Virus record (IMG/VR): IMGVR_UViG_3300036770_006330
Direction: 5' to 3' (one strand)
Source: a virus
Length of the DNA: 64,000 bases
The notes beneath the pieces are model-generated. The model did no database searches. It was not told the origin of the DNA and saw only the letters and a program-made list of their open reading frames with translations. The position numbers and the translations under genes are program-made. Shown in pieces: positions 19,585 through 28,066 of the stretch. Each line of letters begins with the position of its first letter. Positions within the stretch are counted from its first letter, which is position 1.

Positions 19585-20507
19585 ACTTTTCTGTAGAGAC
19601 ATTTACAGCGAACCAGGAGTATCTCATTCTCCTGGCCCTTGTAATGGGCCTTTCCTTCGCCGCAAAGCGGACCCAGGTGTTTTTGCCCGTGTATGCCTTT
19701 ATCGCGCGTCACGTGCGCTCTAAGAGGGCTGTGGTGGCTCTTATATCGCTGGTATCCGGTGTGCTTCCAATAAATGGGAGGGCATCGGTATCGGCTGGCG
19801 CGCTCGACACCATAGCCCCAACATCACCAAGCAAGAAGAAAAGTAAAGAGATGTACGGAGTTATTGACTATCTTTCTACGCATCACTATTACTTCTGGTC
19901 GCCACTCGAGGCGACGGTGCTCGTGCCGATGGCAACACTTGGCCTGTCCTATGGACAATTCATGGGGCGCATGTGGCCACTACTTGCAACGGCGGCAGTT
20001 GTGATTCTGTTTTATATCTTTATGGTTCTCAAGGAGAGCGATATAGAGATAAACGTTTCAAAGAGGAAGTCGAAGCCATCAGCAGACGAGGACAGGGCGC
20101 AGATAATTTCCTATGCAAAAACGCTTGTATTTGTTGCCGGTGTAATTGTTCTTGGAAACTTCGCCAAAGAAAATTTTGACACCATAAACCAGTTTGTTGA
20201 GTCAGCTAGGGACCACGGGTTCCTGGTCCTTGTTGCTCTGGCTGGATTTTTGGCAAGTTTTGCACTTGGGAGCAGCGGCAAATTTGCTGGGTTCACTTCA
20301 CTTTCGGCGAGCGTTTTTGGTGTCGAGTATCTTCCTTTGTTTTTTGCAATTGATTACGCCGGTTATATGTTGAGTCCTGCACATAAATGCTTAGCGATAA
20401 CAAAGTCATACTTCGGCACAAAAATTTACGACCACTACAAAGCAATTCTCTCGCTCGTAATCCCAATTGTAGCAGTCGGGATTTTAATGTTTTTGACAAT
20501 TGACTAG
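19581..20507 (+). CDS. polytopic membrane protein (transporter-like)
   Basis: About 8-9 hydrophobic segments with internal duplication (HHYYFWSPLE / YAGYMLSPAH). Confidence 0.6.
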   Translation: MNFSVETFTANQEYLILLALVMGLSFAAKRTQVFLPVYAFIARHVRSKRAVVALISLVSGVLPINGRASVSAGALDTIAPTSPSKKKSKEMYGVIDYLSTHHYYFWSPLEATVLVPMATLGLSYGQFMGRMWPLLATAAVVILFYIFMVLKESDIEINVSKRKSKPSADEDRAQIISYAKTLVFVAGVIVLGNFAKENFDTINQFVESARDHGFLVLVALAGFLASFALGSSGKFAGFTSLSASVFGVEYLPLFFAIDYAGYMLSPAHKCLAITKSYFGTKIYDHYKAILSLVIPIVAVGILMFLTID

Positions 20508-21208
20508 TGCGCAAGAAACAAATTTCGTTCATGGCAATGTCCGAGGACATTGCGCATAAGCTCAACCCACCGATACACGCGCGAGCATTTTTGCCAAAAT
20601 GGTATATTGATTCAACTGCATTTATCGGCGGCAAAATGCTAATTGGAGAAAATGGGATAAACAAAGACTTAAAACTTTGCATCCCATTTCTTGATGCCAT
20701 GACAGCCGGATACTGCGTTGAACTATCTTGTGATGTTTATGTGGAAAGAGATGGAAACAAAATTGGGTTCTATTGGCACGAAGAGCCATTCCCGATAACG
20801 TCACGGCCAGAGGGAATAGCAGCCAATCTGCCGCGACCGGCCGGTCACATACAACAACTACACGCATGGAGCATCCATTGGGCATCAATGACCCCACCCG
20901 GATATAGCGCACTTTTCTGCCATCCGCTCAACAGGTACGATTTGCCGTTTATCACAACTTCCGGGATAGTAGATACAGACAAGTATCACCCCGGAGGAGA
21001 AATACCATTTTTTCTTAAAGAAGATTTCACCGGAGTTATCCCAGCAGGAACCCCGATAGTACAAATTATTCCACTGAAACGGGATGCATGGTCATCGAAA
21101 AATGCGAAACTGGACAAACAGCTTATTTCAAGGTTGCGCTATGCGGTGTCGCGCGTGCTCATTGGCGGATATTCAAAAATGTTTTGGGTGAAAAAACAGT
21201 ATGAGTGA
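20507..21208 (+). CDS. DUF6065-like protein
   Basis: PKWY, KLCIPFLDAMTAGY, TPPGYS...HPLN, SGIVDTD, IPAGTPIVQIIP. Confidence 0.55.
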   Translation: MRKKQISFMAMSEDIAHKLNPPIHARAFLPKWYIDSTAFIGGKMLIGENGINKDLKLCIPFLDAMTAGYCVELSCDVYVERDGNKIGFYWHEEPFPITSRPEGIAANLPRPAGHIQQLHAWSIHWASMTPPGYSALFCHPLNRYDLPFITTSGIVDTDKYHPGGEIPFFLKEDFTGVIPAGTPIVQIIPLKRDAWSSKNAKLDKQLISRLRYAVSRVLIGGYSKMFWVKKQYE

Positions 21209-21860
21209 GTTCCCGACTCGCATGATTTGCGGTCCAGAAAGTGAGTGGCCAGTACTTCCTGGGGCATTCGGCACTGGGCCAGAAAATATTGTTGTCATCC
21301 GAAACTTTATCGAAGCAGAAGACCTGGCTCAAATCCAACAATTTTGTCCAACCATAAACAAATGGAATAATTCAACTAGGTCTGTATATGCAGAAGATGG
21401 AACATGTCTTTATAACGCAGAGTATTGGCAAGACCGCACCTGTAGTTCGTGGATTCTTGAAGAACTATCTCCAACAATTTATGAACTAGTAAATAAATAT
21501 ATTGTCAAAATGAAGGAAACAATCGAGCAGCATTTTCGAGTCAAACTAGAGCAAAGGCCACCGGTAATTATGTGCTGGCGCCCTGGCATAGAACAGCTGC
21601 CCCACGCGGACAAGCAGGTGAATGACGGACGACCAAATGCGTTCCCGACCTACGACTTAAATTCCCTGTTTTACTACAACGATGATTTTGAAGGCGGAGA
21701 GCTCTACTACCCGCAACATAACATAACCATAAAGCCCGAACCAGGAATGGCTGTTTTCCATCCTGGGGATATTCATTATTTGCATGGGGTATCGATGATT
21801 ACCGAAGGGCTCAGATATACCACGCCGTCTTTCTATACCGTCACCGAGTTCCTCGACTAG
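21201..21860 (+). CDS. 2OG-Fe(II) oxygenase (prolyl 4-hydroxylase-like)
   Basis: HAD...YYNDDFEGGEL...HGV...RY. Confidence 0.9.
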   Translation: MSEFPTRMICGPESEWPVLPGAFGTGPENIVVIRNFIEAEDLAQIQQFCPTINKWNNSTRSVYAEDGTCLYNAEYWQDRTCSSWILEELSPTIYELVNKYIVKMKETIEQHFRVKLEQRPPVIMCWRPGIEQLPHADKQVNDGRPNAFPTYDLNSLFYYNDDFEGGELYYPQHNITIKPEPGMAVFHPGDIHYLHGVSMITEGLRYTTPSFYTVTEFLD

Positions 21861-21876
21861 GGACTAGTATTTCCGC

Positions 21877-22560
21877 ATGGACAAAATCTCGATAAATGTG
21901 TCTTTTGTAGACGACCCACGGCTTGGAATTATGGTGTACCACAACGCTCTGCCAGAAGAGCTGAGGTTGGTTGAGAGGCTCGAGAACACCATCGGGGACA
22001 GCTCCACAAAGCCTTATATGTGGATGGAGGCCCTGGTGGGCCACTCCGAAAAGATTCCCGAGTACAGGAATTGCTACGACTGCAAAATGAGCTCAAAGCT
22101 CGTTGATACAGCTCCACCAGAGTTCGCAGAGCTAAAAAATATTTGGAACGATACCGTCTCTCGATTGGTTCCATGTTTGAATCACTACCAGCAAATGCAC
22201 AACATAAAAATGGACTATATGGAAGCCATTAACTATGTTAGATACAACGAAGGGGAGCACTTCAGCTATCACGCCGACCATGGGTTTTCGTACGTGTGCA
22301 CTATTTCATCAATTATGTATCTGAATGATGGGTACGAGGGTGGCGAGTTGGCCTTTTCTAAACTGGGAATACAGCTAGAGCCACAGTACGGCGATATCGT
22401 GATATTCCCATCAACATATATCTACACCCACGCATCGCTACCGGTGCGGAGCGGTACAAAGTACTCCGCAGTGACGATGTTCGACTATAACGACAATAAT
22501 CACATCAAAGAAAACAACAGCATGCCCTCCGCAGAGGCCTATCTTGCCGGTGGACAATGA
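21877..22560 (+). CDS. 2OG-Fe(II) oxygenase (prolyl 4-hydroxylase-like)
   Basis: HAD...YLNDGYEGGEL...FPS..H..PV..GTKYS. Confidence 0.9.
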   Translation: MDKISINVSFVDDPRLGIMVYHNALPEELRLVERLENTIGDSSTKPYMWMEALVGHSEKIPEYRNCYDCKMSSKLVDTAPPEFAELKNIWNDTVSRLVPCLNHYQQMHNIKMDYMEAINYVRYNEGEHFSYHADHGFSYVCTISSIMYLNDGYEGGELAFSKLGIQLEPQYGDIVIFPSTYIYTHASLPVRSGTKYSAVTMFDYNDNNHIKENNSMPSAEAYLAGGQ

Positions 22561-23264
22561 CAACTGTAGATTTCATCAAAACATCTCCGCGGACAACACC
22601 AGTAAAACAGTCAAGAATCAAAAGAGACTGGATGGATGAAACCCACAAGAAACATGCCTACCAGTGCCTCCCAATGACTGCGGCAAACACATACGGATGG
22701 GAGTTCATTGTCGAAGAAGATATTACCTTTCAGTGGGACGGTGGGCCAAATCCGCCAAATATTTTAAGTGGCGAGCACACCTCGTACGGCAGGCTACAGG
22801 CAACCCCGTCCATAAACGGAATGATTTCAATTAACATGGGATGGGTTGTCAAAACTGAAGAACCATATTGGACGTGGCTGTCTGGCTCCCCAAACTATTT
22901 TAAAGATGGCATTTCGCCCCTATCTGCAACTATTCCGGCATGGTGGTGGCCAGACGAGGTACAAATGAATTGGAAAATACACAGCCCCAACCAGACAATT
23001 ACGTTCCATGCGGGTGAGCCGTTTTGCTTTCTCAACATTTACAAGCCTTCAGATATGGCTGAAGTGACAGTCAAGACATCAGGCATGTGGGATTACCCTG
23101 GTCTTTCCGAAAAACGCCAGAAATATGGCCAAGTCAAGTCTGACAACATGCGAGAAAACCCGTGGACTTGGACAAAGGGCATCCGTACTGGAATCGATGC
23201 CGATGGGTGCGTAATTGGTCCGCCAACGTCTGGCATGGTCGTCATACAGACACCGGAGCAGTAA
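22557..23264 (+). CDS. DUF6065-like protein
   Basis: RDWMD..HAYQCLPMTAANTYGW, GSPN, MNWKI, FHAGEPFCF. Confidence 0.7.
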   Translation: MTTVDFIKTSPRTTPVKQSRIKRDWMDETHKKHAYQCLPMTAANTYGWEFIVEEDITFQWDGGPNPPNILSGEHTSYGRLQATPSINGMISINMGWVVKTEEPYWTWLSGSPNYFKDGISPLSATIPAWWWPDEVQMNWKIHSPNQTITFHAGEPFCFLNIYKPSDMAEVTVKTSGMWDYPGLSEKRQKYGQVKSDNMRENPWTWTKGIRTGIDADGCVIGPPTSGMVVIQTPEQ

Positions 23265-24118
23265 TGGACGGCATACACCTTGGTGGCGGGGTTGTGTTGT
23301 TTGAGAATGCAATCACCGTACCGCAATTTGAGATTTTGCCGCATATCGACGAGATGAAGGAGCGATGGCGCCGAGAGAACTTCGAGATTGTCTATGACGA
23401 AAACGGAAAAGCTATTCATGCCATAAATAAGGGCGGATTTATATACAGCATGGATGCTATGAATAGTGCTCCAGTCAGGGTGCAGGGTTTGAGCCATCCA
23501 TTTTTCCATTCGTGTGAAGCGGCTATATACGCAAAACTTTTGGAATACATCGAGTTTTTCCCGGCACTACTGCAATGCCTGTGGTGGAAAAGCGCAGGAC
23601 ATGTTCTGTGCTACGAATCGGGGGCCTCACTGGGGCTGCACTGTGATAATGACGTTAATTACAGATATGGATATATTCCGGATACGGAGCACGCGACGCG
23701 CAATGTTGTTAGCGCATTGATTTATCTGAATGACTCCACAGATGACAATTTGGTTCCGTACTCTTTTTCTGGCGGGAAAATGGATATCCCATACTTCGAT
23801 ATTGAGATAACTCCACAAACGGGGTCAATATTGTTCATGCCAGCAAATTACCTTGGCGCTCATGTTGTAAAAGAAGTTACGCGTGGGGTTAGGTATTCAT
23901 ATTTGTCTTGGTTTGCTCAGGGCGACGCGGCTCCAGCAAAGGGTGTGTCCCCAAAGGCGTGGGGAAGCGGGAATGATGTAATTGATGGCCAATGGTGGCT
24001 TGAGACAGTAATAGAAGATTACAAAGATTCCGTAATGCGCAGGCATGCCGGAGACCAATCAACAATAAACAAGCTCCTTCATGTCCAATCGCGACAGCAC
24101 GACCATGCTAAAAATTAA
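23264..24118 (+). CDS. 2OG-Fe(II) oxygenase
   Basis: Start moved to ATG overlapping upstream TAA; HCDN...YLND...GG...AHVV...RYSY. Confidence 0.85.
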   Translation: MDGIHLGGGVVLFENAITVPQFEILPHIDEMKERWRRENFEIVYDENGKAIHAINKGGFIYSMDAMNSAPVRVQGLSHPFFHSCEAAIYAKLLEYIEFFPALLQCLWWKSAGHVLCYESGASLGLHCDNDVNYRYGYIPDTEHATRNVVSALIYLNDSTDDNLVPYSFSGGKMDIPYFDIEITPQTGSILFMPANYLGAHVVKEVTRGVRYSYLSWFAQGDAAPAKGVSPKAWGSGNDVIDGQWWLETVIEDYKDSVMRRHAGDQSTINKLLHVQSRQHDHAKN

Positions 24119-24968
24119 AGATATCCCAGACCCTGTAGTGCTCGGAACTGGAGTTCTATTATTCCCCGGAGTTCTCGATGTAGACGTGCCGCAAGCTGTT
24201 TCCGTATGCGAACAGCTTGTATCTGACGAGTTTGCCAGCCAATACTCTCCAGCTTTCAACGAGCAAACAGGGGAAGACGAGTACGTCAATAGAAGTGGAT
24301 ATTTCTTCTCCAAGGAATCCCTACTCACAATGCCAAGACGGTGCACGACCGCACATGAGTCAGATAGCGAACAAGTCGTAAAAATGTTAACAACTCTCGA
24401 GAGCGCGAAAGATGAATGTATCATTCGATACATAGCAATGTATCCAATCGTTCTCAAAACGATATGGTGGAAGATAAAGGGTCATATAGTTTCATATTCC
24501 CCCAACAGAGGAGGAATCTACCTTGGCCCACATTCAGACAATAGCGTGGATTATAAATACGGGTTTCCTCACCCCTCTCGCCAAATCGCCACCAGGGGTG
24601 TTGTTTCATGTCTTTGTTACATAAATTCTCAGGGGGATAATGACTACGGGTTTACTGGCGGTGACCACTATTTCAACTATTTGGATATTTCATATTCGCC
24701 AAAATCGGGAGATATTCTCATGTTCCCATCAAATTTTATTGCGGCGCACGAAGTGAAGCCGGTCGAGTCGGGCAATAGATATTCATATCTTGGTTGGTAC
24801 TCACATGGAACCCCAAATCCAGAAGTTGGAGAGCATGTATCAGACCCGAATACCGAAGACACATCAAAGCAAACCAATGTATATATGCCAGACCTGGAAG
24901 AGCGCGTTCGCGCATACACATCTAGCGAAGGTGCGAAATACGATAAACACTTGGTTAACCTAATTTAA
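24105..24968 (+). CDS. 2OG-Fe(II) oxygenase
   Basis: HSDN...YIN...FTGG...FPSNFIAAHEV..V..GNRYSY. Confidence 0.85.
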   Translation: MLKIKDIPDPVVLGTGVLLFPGVLDVDVPQAVSVCEQLVSDEFASQYSPAFNEQTGEDEYVNRSGYFFSKESLLTMPRRCTTAHESDSEQVVKMLTTLESAKDECIIRYIAMYPIVLKTIWWKIKGHIVSYSPNRGGIYLGPHSDNSVDYKYGFPHPSRQIATRGVVSCLCYINSQGDNDYGFTGGDHYFNYLDISYSPKSGDILMFPSNFIAAHEVKPVESGNRYSYLGWYSHGTPNPEVGEHVSDPNTEDTSKQTNVYMPDLEERVRAYTSSEGAKYDKHLVNLI

Positions 24969-24971
24969 CTA

Positions 24972-25682
24972 ATGAAAGCTTTTCATTATGGCTGCGGTGT
25001 AGTGGGGATAACTGGTCTTTCTACGCTTTCAAAAGAACAAATAGCAAAACTTGTGTCTGCTGGTTCAACGGATAAGCAATTCATATATGATGAAATAAAG
25101 GGTTGCTACATCAACGCTGGTGGCTATGAGTTCACAGAAGAACAAATGGCGGCCAGTCCTCTGCGGTTGACAGACCTGGGAGAATGTTCTCTTGGACAAG
25201 AGCAAAAACAAATGGATGAAGATATTGAAGCAGCGCTGTTGAAGTATCTATCCATGTTCCCGATAGCACTTGAAGCTATTAACGCATATATATCCGGTTA
25301 CTTAATTTATTACTCTGAGGGCCAATTCATTGGGGCACACTCAGACAACGCAATGGCGTATAACGGTGATTTACCGGTATCCGGTGCTCCAATCGGAAAC
25401 ACCCTTACCTGTGCGTATATTCTAAATTCAGACCATGAGGGTGGAGCTGTGCGGTTTCGAACCTGGGGCATTTCGCTGTCGCCCAAAGCGGGAGACATAC
25501 TCATCTACCCGTCGTCTTTCATCGGCGCCCATGAAGTTGAACCGATTGTCGGAGGAAAGCGATGCGCCTACATCTCCTGGTTCGGTCAATCGGCAAGCAG
25601 CACAAAGCAACTACAGGAAAAGCTCAGAAACATGCTTGGAGGTCAGGCGGAACACCGAACTGCCCTAATTGGCGAGTTTTAA
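24972..25682 (+). CDS. 2OG-Fe(II) oxygenase
   Basis: HSDN...LNSDHEGG...YPSSFIGAHEV...GKR. Confidence 0.85.
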   Translation: MKAFHYGCGVVGITGLSTLSKEQIAKLVSAGSTDKQFIYDEIKGCYINAGGYEFTEEQMAASPLRLTDLGECSLGQEQKQMDEDIEAALLKYLSMFPIALEAINAYISGYLIYYSEGQFIGAHSDNAMAYNGDLPVSGAPIGNTLTCAYILNSDHEGGAVRFRTWGISLSPKAGDILIYPSSFIGAHEVEPIVGGKRCAYISWFGQSASSTKQLQEKLRNMLGGQAEHRTALIGEF

Positions 25683-25910
25683 TTACCACTTCCCAATTGG
25701 GCAGACGGCCTCTCGAAGCTTTACTTTTATTGGCATGATGCAGCCGCATTCCTTACACTGTTTTGTCGACTGTATGAGTTCCGGGCATGAAAGACAGGTT
25801 AAATACCTGGCTTTTACAACCTCTGGGTCGTCATGATGCTTTGCTGGGTCGAGAATATCCCAAGGACGGGTCGAGCCCAGTTTCTTTTTATATTCTGACC
25901 ATGCGCTCAT
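25683..25910 (-). CDS. small Cys-rich metal-binding protein (DUF6171-like)
   Basis: RYLTCLSCP...QCKECGCIM..K..L...CPIGKW. Confidence 0.8.
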   Translation of the reverse strand: MSAWSEYKKKLGSTRPWDILDPAKHHDDPEVVKARYLTCLSCPELIQSTKQCKECGCIMPIKVKLREAVCPIGKW

Positions 25911-26143
25911 TCTGGTGCCGTGAAATTGCCTTCACCGTCGTGTTTCCACCCGTACATCACAACACCTTTTTGCTCTGGTGCAAGTTGAACAATTATCGGG
26001 TTGGATGTCCAGAGTGCAATTAGCTCTTCGTTGTCTGCTGGAACCGGGAAAACTTTCCCAACTTCACCGTCGACGACAAAGGCAAAAAACTCATATTCAT
26101 GCGGATGGGTGCTTATTGGGTTAAGTGGTTGTGTTTGGTCCAT
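25907..26143 (-). CDS. hypothetical protein, paralog of 9765..10085
   Basis: YEFFAFVVDGEV...WTSNPIIVQLAPEQK. Confidence 0.7.
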   Translation of the reverse strand: MDQTQPLNPISTHPHEYEFFAFVVDGEVGKVFPVPADNEELIALWTSNPIIVQLAPEQKGVVMYGWKHDGEGNFTAPE

Positions 26144-26178
26144 ATTTACATCCTAGCTTATAGATATTCTGTCGGCTA

Positions 26179-26802
26179 TCAACATTCACAATACTGAAAT
26201 AGGCCATACGCATGGCAACCGTCAGACGACACGTAAATATCCCATACTGAATATTTGCAGTATATTTCACAACACGGAGAACCGCCGGTGCACGCATCAA
26301 GACGCTGGTCATTAGAGGAAAGAACCCATGGAGATGCCGGTGGAACGCTGCTTGGGAAAGGCGAGAAGCATGGCGGCGGGAAGTGTGGCGGGAAGTATGG
26401 TGGGAAATATGGCGGGAAGTATGGGCCGAACGAAGGCGGGAAGTATGGCGGAAAGTATGGCGGAAAGTATGGACCAAAAGACGGGGGCAATGGTGTTACG
26501 GAAGATGTTGAAATGACGTCTGAATTTACAGAGTTATTGCCGCGAGCTACGATTGTGAATGAATAAGACTGAGCGGACGATAGACCGGTAACCTGTCCAG
26601 TCATGGATGCACCGGGAGCAGAAAATGATACGACCCGGGTTACATTTCCTGGAGATGATGTAATTAGGAAGTCAACTATCCCTTTGCCGACTCGCGCTGG
26701 AGCAACAAAATTAACATTGGCAGAGTCAACTGCGGCGGCCGGCGTTTGTGGTGTGGGGGTATCTGGTTTTTTCCCAGAACCAGATGTATTTCCAACTATC
26801 AT
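26179..26802 (-). CDS. fibronectin type III + (PPYF)n + Cys-rich protein (putative fibre tip)
   Basis: FN3 signature VTGLSSAQSYSFTIVARGNN; nine xPxF tetrapeptides; 8 Cys in the C-terminal 64 aa. Confidence 0.75.
   Translation of the reverse strand: MIVGNTSGSGKKPDTPTPQTPAAAVDSANVNFVAPARVGKGIVDFLITSSPGNVTRVVSFSAPGASMTGQVTGLSSAQSYSFTIVARGNNSVNSDVISTSSVTPLPPSFGPYFPPYFPPYFPPSFGPYFPPYFPPYFPPHFPPPCFSPFPSSVPPASPWVLSSNDQRLDACTGGSPCCEIYCKYSVWDIYVSSDGCHAYGLFQYCEC
26380..26487 (-). repeat. 12-bp tandem repeat x9 encoding PPSF-GPYF-PPYF-PPYF (x2) then PPHF
   Basis: Plus-strand units such as ggcgggaagtat with synonymous variation and a 48-bp higher-order period. Confidence 0.9.
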
Positions 26803-27770
26803 GTTGCGCTCAGGTCACCAACTAGATACCACTCGTCTGCCGCTCTTTTAATTAATGTGGCTGATGAATATTGGGCTCTTAAGAACGAGCCAGGGGTTGC
26901 TCTAACTGTAGTTGTAGCAGGGCTCGCCGCAACGATTTGTGTTTTCCCAGCACCATATTGAACGACGTGAATTTGAGTACCTACGGGGAATGGAGCCGCA
27001 GCGTTGGTGGGGACGCTAACTGTATTGTTCGAGCCAACATTCATTTCAATCATTTTGTTTTTATCATTGATGTTTATTGCGTAGCTAGCCACTTTTGTGT
27101 CAATGGTCATATCGGCAATTTTGTTTTGTTCTATTGCGGCAGTCGCCGAAACATCAGCGTTGACTATTGACCCAGAGCTTATCGACGTTACGCCGGCATT
27201 GCTAATTGTGACATCGCCAGTAACAGATACGGCCGTGGGGACACCAGAAGCGTTGTGGACTATCACCTGAGCGGAAGTTGCGCTTGCAAGCTTTGACAAA
27301 GCGATACCAGCAGACGCATTTATGTCAGCGTTTACAATTGTGCCGTCAACAATTTTGGAACTTGTAACAGAATTGTCGCCTATAACGCCAGCTGCAATTC
27401 CGGTAATCACCCAGCTATTAGCGGCTCGCTTAATTAGGGTTGCCCTTTGCCACTGGGCGGCAATCGTAGTTACGCCTGCTTCTGCATCAACTGTCACGCC
27501 GCCAGCACCAACGAGCGCGACCAGACCAGTAGAACCATTAAGTATTTCGATGATATCGCCGATTTCAAATGCAGTTGTTGAATCAGATGGTATCGTAACG
27601 ATAGTTCCGCCGTTGTTTTGAAACTCGACAAGTTTGCCCCTGTCTGCTAGTACCAACGTATAGGTGGTACCGGACTGCACGTTGCGCGTGTAGTTATAAT
27701 CGCTGGCCTGCAGGGTATTCATCTGCGATGCCGTCAATGTTTGTCCAGCAATAAATGTTTGAAGCGCCAT
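26799..27770 (-). CDS. baseplate-attached tail fibre with two copies of an adaptor domain
   Basis: TFIAGQTLTASQMN start; duplicated YTLVLADRGK...ATLIKRAANSW / YAININDKNK...ATLIKRAADEW; follows baseplate genes. Confidence 0.75.
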   Translation of the reverse strand: MALQTFIAGQTLTASQMNTLQASDYNYTRNVQSGTTYTLVLADRGKLVEFQNNGGTIVTIPSDSTTAFEIGDIIEILNGSTGLVALVGAGGVTVDAEAGVTTIAAQWQRATLIKRAANSWVITGIAAGVIGDNSVTSSKIVDGTIVNADINASAGIALSKLASATSAQVIVHNASGVPTAVSVTGDVTISNAGVTSISSGSIVNADVSATAAIEQNKIADMTIDTKVASYAININDKNKMIEMNVGSNNTVSVPTNAAAPFPVGTQIHVVQYGAGKTQIVAASPATTTVRATPGSFLRAQYSSATLIKRAADEWYLVGDLSAT

Positions 27771-27817
27771 AATTACTTACTCCTACTCACACCAAGTATA
27801 ACTTAACAGAAAATTGG

Positions 27818-28063
27818 CTATTCTTCATTTTGTTCTTCTTGCGACGTGAAATCACCCATCATCACCATTTGCTGTGCGTATCTCAGCATTCCATCTGCCA
27901 TCCAAGGCGTTAGGCCATTAGAGACAGATACGGTCAATTCACTTGTGTCATCATCAGCAACTTCGGCAACAATTATAAAATTTGTAATAAGTCTTGACGG
28001 AAGGACGCTACGCAGAATTGAATCAAATATCTCATTTACTGATTCCTCATCTGGCTGTTCCAT
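27818..28063 (-). CDS. hypothetical protein
   Basis: 81 aa acidic ORF in the tail operon. Confidence 0.55.
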   Translation of the reverse strand: MEQPDEESVNEIFDSILRSVLPSRLITNFIIVAEVADDDTSELTVSVSNGLTPWMADGMLRYAQQMVMMGDFTSQEEQNEE

Positions 28064-28066
28064 TCC

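Noticed and set aside
26380-26487. Tandem repeat as a CRISPR array or origin iterons
   Set aside because: 12-bp in-frame units with third-position variation and no spacers
26255-26566. Plus-strand ORF with GGKY repeats
   Set aside because: Antisense shadow of the PPYF repeat; the minus-strand gene has an FN3 domain and fits the operon
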